A DNA stretch of 32,000 nt from Pasteurella multocida. GTDB taxonomy: Bacteria > Pseudomonadota > Gammaproteobacteria > Enterobacterales > Pasteurellaceae. Positions 27,526 through 32,000 of the stretch are shown piece after piece (the stretch's first letter is position 1; each line of letters opens with the position of its first letter). The stretch covers positions 270,001-302,000 of the forward strand of contig NZ_LT906458.1 of the NCBI RefSeq assembly GCF_900187275.1, in the 5' to 3' direction. The position numbers were made by a program, and so were the translations under genes. The notes beneath the pieces are model-generated. The model did not search any database. It worked only from the letters and a program-made list of their open reading frames with translations, and had not been told where the DNA came from.

Positions 27526-28242
27526 ATGTTGGAAAATATCCGAATTGTATTAGTTGAAACTTCGCACAGTGGCAATATTGGCTCTGCTGCTAGGGCGATG
27601 AAAACCATGGGCTTAAATCAGTTATATCTTGTGGCACCTAAACAACCTCTTGATGAACATGCCATTGCGTTATCAGCAGGGGCTGAAGATGTGTTGAAAC
27701 AGGCGAAAATTGTAGCAAGTTTTGATGAGGCAGTGGCAGATTGTGCGTTAGTGATTGGCACCAGTGCAAGATTACGCCACTTACAAAATAGCTTAATTGA
27801 GCCGCGTGAGTGTGGTACTCACGCAATAGTGTATGCAAAACAAGCGCCAGTAGCGATTGTATTCGGGCGCGAACGTATTGGGTTGACCAATGAAGAATTG
27901 CTTAAGTGCCGTTATCATTTAACGATACCCGCTAATCCTGACTATTCATCTTTGAATCTGGCGATGGCAGTACAATTGATTTGTTATGAACTACGTTTGG
28001 CATTTTTGTCACAACAAGCAATGACAGAATCACTTTCAACGATAGATAATACCTATCCAACACACACTGAAATAGAACACTTTTTTCAGCATACAGAGCG
28101 ACTTTATACGGCATTAGGATTTATTCAAAATCAAGGTGTTATGCCGAAATTAAGGCGTTTATATCAGCGTGTTCAGTTAGAAAAAAACGAGCTCAATATT
28201 TTACGTGGGATGTTGACCGCTGTGGAAAAGCGTTTGAAATAG
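27526..28242 (+). CDS. trmJ: tRNA (cytidine/uridine-2'-O)-methyltransferase TrmJ
   Basis: 238 aa. [30 protein letters not shown] matches E. coli TrmJ [30 protein letters not shown]. It also has FGRER.GLTNEEL and SLNLAMAVQ. The synteny suhB / trmJ-iscR is as in E. coli. Confidence 0.95.
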   Translation: [238 protein letters not shown]

Positions 28243-28251
28243 CGCGGAGGA

Positions 28252-28276
28252 ATAGTTGACTAATTTAGTATGATAT
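28252..28276 (+). promoter_or_regulatory. IscR type-1 binding site overlapping the iscR promoter -35
   Basis: ATAGTTGACTAATTTAGTATGATAT matches the published type-1 motif ATASYYGACTRWWWYAGTCRRSTAT at 22 of 25 positions by my count. TTGACT (28256-28261) doubles as a -35. It lies 45 nt upstream of the iscR ATG. Confidence 0.6.
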
Positions 28277-28320
28277 GTAAATATTCGCCAATTGTTGGAT
28301 TAAATTAAAGGAAGATAAAG

Positions 28321-28785
28321 ATGAAATTAACTTCTAAAGGACGCTATGCGGTAACAGCTATTCTTGATATTGCATTAAATTCAAACAGAGGCCCAGTTAG
28401 TTTATCTGATATTTCTGAGCGACAACATATCTCGCTTTCCTACTTAGAACAATTGTTTGCTAAGTTGCGTCGTCATGGGCTAGTAAAAAGTGTCCGAGGA
28501 CCGGGTGGTGGATATCAGTTAGGTCTTCCCGCAAATCGAATTTCTGTCGGTATGGTCATCAATGCCGTAAATGAAAATATTGATGTCACACGTTGTTTAG
28601 GACGCGGTGATTGTCAAGAAGGCACTGAATGTTTAACCCATTCGCTGTGGAAAGAGTTGAGCCTTCGTATTGAAGCGTTTTTAAATGAAATTACCCTTGA
28701 GGAACTGGTTGAGAAAAATCGTCAAAAACGTGCAACCATTGAGTTCCGAGGTGACTTTGATAATCTGATTATTTTAGATAATTAA
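28321..28785 (+). CDS. iscR: Fe-S cluster assembly transcriptional regulator IscR (Rrf2 family)
   Basis: 154 aa. [53 protein letters not shown] matches E. coli IscR. The cluster-ligand cysteines are in [18 protein letters not shown]. Confidence 0.96.
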   Translation: MKLTSKGRYAVTAILDIALNSNRGPVSLSDISERQHISLSYLEQLFAKLRRHGLVKSVRGPGGGYQLGLPANRISVGMVINAVNENIDVTRCLGRGDCQEGTECLTHSLWKELSLRIEAFLNEITLEELVEKNRQKRATIEFRGDFDNLIILDN

Positions 28786-28832
28786 GCCGACAGCTGTGCG
28801 GTAAAAATGAATTGTTAGGAGTAAGGAAAGAA

Positions 28833-30047
28833 ATGAAATTACCTATTTATCTTGATTACGCAGCGACTTGTCCCGTTGATGAGCGTGTTGCCAAAAAAAT
28901 GATGGAATATTTAACGGTAGAGGGCAACTTTGGTAACCCAGCCTCCCGTTCACATAAATTTGGCTGGCAGGCAGAAGAAGCTGTTGATGTTGCACGTAAC
29001 CATATTGCGGATTTGATCGGGGCAGATTCACGTGAGATCGTGTTTACGTCTGGTGCAACCGAATCAGACAATTTAGCCATTAAAGGGGCTGCGCACTTTT
29101 ATCAAAGCAAAGGTAAACATATTATTACCTGTAAAACTGAGCATAAAGCCGTATTAGATACTTGTCGTCAGCTTGAGCGTGAAGGCTTCGAAGTGACCTA
29201 TTTAAACCCAAAATCAGATGGTTTAATTGATTTAGAGGAATTAAAAAATGCGATGCGTGATGACACTATTTTAGTTTCTATTATGCACGTTAATAATGAA
29301 ATTGGTGTGATTCAAGACATTGCGGCTATCGGTGAATTATGCCGTGCGCGTAAAATCTTATTCCACGTTGATGCCACACAAAGTGTTGGTAAATTGCCGA
29401 TTAATTTAGCTGAATTAAAAGTGGATTTGATGTCAATGTCTAGTCACAAACTTTACGGACCAAAAGGGATCGGTGCACTTTATGTTAGCCGTAAACCACG
29501 TGTGCGTTTAGAAGCGATCATTCACGGTGGTGGTCATGAGCGTGGTATGCGTTCAGGTACCTTACCGGTACACCAAATCGTTGGTATGGGTGAAGCATAT
29601 CGTATCTGTAAAGAAGAAATGGCAAGCGAAATGCCACGTTTAAAAGCATTACGCGATCGCTTATACAATGGCTTAAAAGATATTGAAGAAACTTACGTAA
29701 ACGGTTCGATGGAACACCGTTTAGACAGCAACTTAAATATCAGCTTTAACTATGTTGAAGGTGAATCATTAATGATGGCTTTACGTGATATCGCCGTTTC
29801 TTCAGGTTCTGCTTGTACTTCTGCGAGTCTTGAGCCATCTTACGTCTTACGTGCGTTAGGCTTAAACGATGAATTAGCACACAGCTCAATTCGTTTCACG
29901 TTAGGTCGTTATACTACGGAAGAAGAAATTGATTACACTATCGAATTAGTGAAAAATGCAGTCGCCAAATTGCGTGAGCTTTCACCACTTTGGGATATGT
30001 TTAAAGAAGGGATCGATCTGAATACGATCGAGTGGACGCACCACTAA
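28833..30047 (+). CDS. iscS: Cysteine desulfurase IscS
   Basis: 404 aa from ATG 28833 ([12 protein letters not shown]... equals the E. coli IscS N-terminus). Near-identical blocks include [16 protein letters not shown] (PLP Lys) and [21 protein letters not shown] (active-site Cys). The ORF-track start at 28812 is an extension. Confidence 0.98.
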   Translation: MKLPIYLDYAATCPVDERVAKKMMEYLTVEGNFGNPASRSHKFGWQAEEAVDVARNHIADLIGADSREIVFTSGATESDNLAIKGAAHFYQSKGKHIITCKTEHKAVLDTCRQLEREGFEVTYLNPKSDGLIDLEELKNAMRDDTILVSIMHVNNEIGVIQDIAAIGELCRARKILFHVDATQSVGKLPINLAELKVDLMSMSSHKLYGPKGIGALYVSRKPRVRLEAIIHGGGHERGMRSGTLPVHQIVGMGEAYRICKEEMASEMPRLKALRDRLYNGLKDIEETYVNGSMEHRLDSNLNISFNYVEGESLMMALRDIAVSSGSACTSASLEPSYVLRALGLNDELAHSSIRFTLGRYTTEEEIDYTIELVKNAVAKLRELSPLWDMFKEGIDLNTIEWTHH

Positions 30048-30205
30048 TCGGAGAAACATTGCTACAGTCTTTGCCGATTGTTCGGTTTATTGATGTGATT
30101 TACGCCGTCTAGAAAGGTAATAGAGGCAATGTTTTTAGGTTTAATATTAAGCGGTTTAGTCGTCGGACGCGATATTCGCGTTCAATAACATATGATTTAA
30201 AGAGA

Positions 30206-30214
30206 AAGTGCGGT
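30206..30214 (+). repeat. USS core AAGTGCGGT in the iscS-iscU spacer
   Basis: Exact 9-mer followed by a T-rich tract (TGTTTTT). Confidence 0.9.
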
Positions 30215-30278
30215 TGTTTTTCAGTGAGTTTTAGCAACATGAAGAATCGGACTTTTATTAAACTGGAAGGAATACAAT

Positions 30279-30665
30279 ATGGCATACAGTAATAAAGTAA
30301 TTGATCATTATGAAAATCCACGTAACGTTGGATCTTTAGATAAGAAAGATGCAAACGTGGGGACTGGCATGGTAGGTGCACCTGCTTGTGGTGATGTGAT
30401 GCAACTTCAAATTAAAGTCAGTGAAGAAGGCATTATTGAAGATGCAAAATTCAAAACTTACGGTTGTGGTTCAGCGATCGCCTCAAGTTCTTTAATTACA
30501 GAATGGGTGAAAGGCAAATCACTTGATGAAGCACAGGCGATTAAAAACAGCCAAATCGCAGAAGAATTAGAATTACCACCTGTGAAAGTTCACTGTTCAA
30601 TTTTAGCTGAAGATGCAATCAAAGCTGCGATTGCAGACTACAAAGCAAAAAAAGAAGCAAAATAA
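30279..30665 (+). CDS. iscU: Fe-S cluster scaffold protein IscU
   Basis: 128 aa. MAYSNKVIDHYENPRNVGS...GAPACGDVM.LQIKV....I.DA.FKTYGCGSAIASSSL.TEW.KGK....A..I....IAEEL.LPPVK.HCSILAED is highly similar to E. coli IscU. Confidence 0.98.
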   Translation: MAYSNKVIDHYENPRNVGSLDKKDANVGTGMVGAPACGDVMQLQIKVSEEGIIEDAKFKTYGCGSAIASSSLITEWVKGKSLDEAQAIKNSQIAEELELPPVKVHCSILAEDAIKAAIADYKAKKEAK

Positions 30666-30734
30666 TCATCTAAAATTCAGTTGGGGCAATTTTGCCCCTT
30701 TCACATTATAAGACGCAATGGAGTAGAGAATTTC

Positions 30735-31058
30735 ATGGGTATTTCCTTAACTGAAACGGCAGCAGATCGGGTACGAACCTTCCTCGCGAATCGTGGTAAA
30801 GGCATTGGATTACGTTTAGGGATCAAAACTTCAGGTTGTTCTGGCTTAGCCTATGTCCTTGAATTTGTAGATGAGTTAAATCCTGAGGATCAGGTGTTTG
30901 AACAACATGGTGTCAAAATCATTGTGGATGCCAAAAGTTTGGTCTATTTAGACGGCACTGAATTAGATTTCGCCAAAGAAGGATTAAATGAAGGCTTTAA
31001 GTTCAATAATCCGAATGTGAAAGATCAATGTGGTTGCGGAGAAAGTTTCCACGTTTAG
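30735..31058 (+). CDS. iscA: Fe-S cluster insertion protein IscA
   Basis: 107 aa from ATG 30735 ([13 protein letters not shown] versus E. coli MSITLSDSAAARV). The C-terminal [16 protein letters not shown] motif is present. The ORF-track start at 30681 is an extension across a GGGGCA/TGCCCC hairpin (30683-30698). Confidence 0.96.
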   Translation: MGISLTETAADRVRTFLANRGKGIGLRLGIKTSGCSGLAYVLEFVDELNPEDQVFEQHGVKIIVDAKSLVYLDGTELDFAKEGLNEGFKFNNPNVKDQCGCGESFHV

Positions 31059-31087
31059 CTGTTTTTTATCTGATATTTGAGTGAAAG

Positions 31088-31606
31088 ATGAACCCATTTA
31101 ATATTTTTGATTTACCAGTTGATTTTCATGTTGATCAAGCGACATTATCGGCACGTTATCTTGCCTTACAGAAATCCTTGCATCCTGACAATTTCACTAC
31201 GCATTCTGCACAAGAGCAGCGTTTAGCGATGCAACGGTCAGCAGAAGTCAATGATGCGCTACAAATTTTAAAAGATCCGATTTTGCGTGCGGAGACTATC
31301 ATTGCGATTTATACCGGTGAACAACAAAATATTGAAGAAAATAGCACCCGTGATATGGCATTTTTGATGCAACAAATGCAATGGCGGGAACAGCTAGAAA
31401 ATATTGAAGCGCAGCAAGACAGTGATCAACTGGTGGCGTTCAGTGCAGATATTGAACAAACGCAACAGGCTTTGTTAAGCGAATTAGCCGATGCATTGTC
31501 AAGCCAACAGTGGCAACAAGCAAAAGTCATTAACGACAAATTACGTTTTATTAAAAAATTATTGCTTGAAGTAGAACGTGTCGAAGAAAAGCTATTAGAC
31601 TTTTAA
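31088..31606 (+). CDS. hscB: Fe-S co-chaperone HscB (J-domain)
   Basis: 172 aa. The J-domain has LHPD, and position and size are as in isc operons. Confidence 0.92.
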   Translation: MNPFNIFDLPVDFHVDQATLSARYLALQKSLHPDNFTTHSAQEQRLAMQRSAEVNDALQILKDPILRAETIIAIYTGEQQNIEENSTRDMAFLMQQMQWREQLENIEAQQDSDQLVAFSADIEQTQQALLSELADALSSQQWQQAKVINDKLRFIKKLLLEVERVEEKLLDF

Positions 31607-31683
31607 GTAGATTAAAACAACGACAAAATAAAACTGCTATAATATAAAGTCAATAGGAAATAATAAGAGAATAGAGATAAACA

Positions 31684-32000
31684 ATGGCATTACTTCAAAT
31701 TGCAGAACCCGGTCAAAGTGCAAGTCCTCATCAACATAAATTAGCGGTAGGGATTGATTTGGGCACCACTAACTCGTTAATCGCGACTGTGCGTAGTGGT
31801 CAAGTGGATATTTTATTAGACGAAAAAGAACGCCCTTTACTCCCTTCCGTGGTGCATTTTGAACAAGATAACGTCATTGTCGGTTATGAGGCTGCTGAAT
31901 TAGCCAGTCAGAGTCCACAAAATACGATTGTTTCAGTTAAGCGTTTAATTGGGCGCAGTCTTGCCGATGTGCAACAACGTTATCCAAGTTTGCCGTATCA
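31684..32000 (+). CDS. hscA: Fe-S chaperone HscA (Hsp70 family), N-terminal fragment cut by the window edge
   Basis: [38 protein letters not shown] matches the HscA N-terminus, including the Hsp70 phosphate-1 motif. The ORF is open to the window end. Confidence 0.95.
   Translation, partial: MALLQIAEPGQSASPHQHKLAVGIDLGTTNSLIATVRSGQVDILLDEKERPLLPSVVHFEQDNVIVGYEAAELASQSPQNTIVSVKRLIGRSLADVQQRYPSLPY

Overview
This is a chromosomal window from a Pasteurellaceae-like gammaproteobacterium. It carries 12 exact copies of the Hin-type uptake signal sequence (USS) core AAGTGCGGT/ACCGCACTT, which points to the Haemophilus/Aggregatibacter/Pasteurella clade; I cannot name the species from sequence alone. 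Gene order, left to right:
- The 3' end of an rrn operon (partial 23S, 5S, terminator).
- An AT-rich orphan lipoprotein gene (-).
- tRNA-Leu(CAA) (-).
- A Fur-box-controlled heme operon, hutX/hugX-hutZ/hugZ plus a TonB-dependent hemoglobin/heme receptor.
- rpsO, apbC/mrp (-), metG and rlmL.
- A complete type I-F CRISPR-Cas locus (14380-23800).
- arcB (PAS-less form), an orphan secreted-protein gene and suhB (-).
- trmJ-iscR-iscS-iscU-iscA-hscB-hscA' (the last truncated by the window edge).

The CRISPR-Cas locus has canonical I-F1 gene content but a permuted order: cas8f-cas5f-cas7f-cas6f, then a 16-spacer array, then cas1-cas2/3. The array lies between the interference and adaptation modules, and I see no intrinsic terminator between the array trailer and cas1. 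One 60-bp repeat+spacer unit is present four times in tandem.

I do not see a clearly new multi-gene defence system. The most unusual items are the locus architecture, the quadruplicated spacer, the USS-rich cas genes, two orphan exported proteins, an orphan terminator with a 28-codon hydrophobic ORF, and an unusually long iscS-iscU spacer. All homology statements come from by-eye comparison with remembered family sequences. No database search was run.
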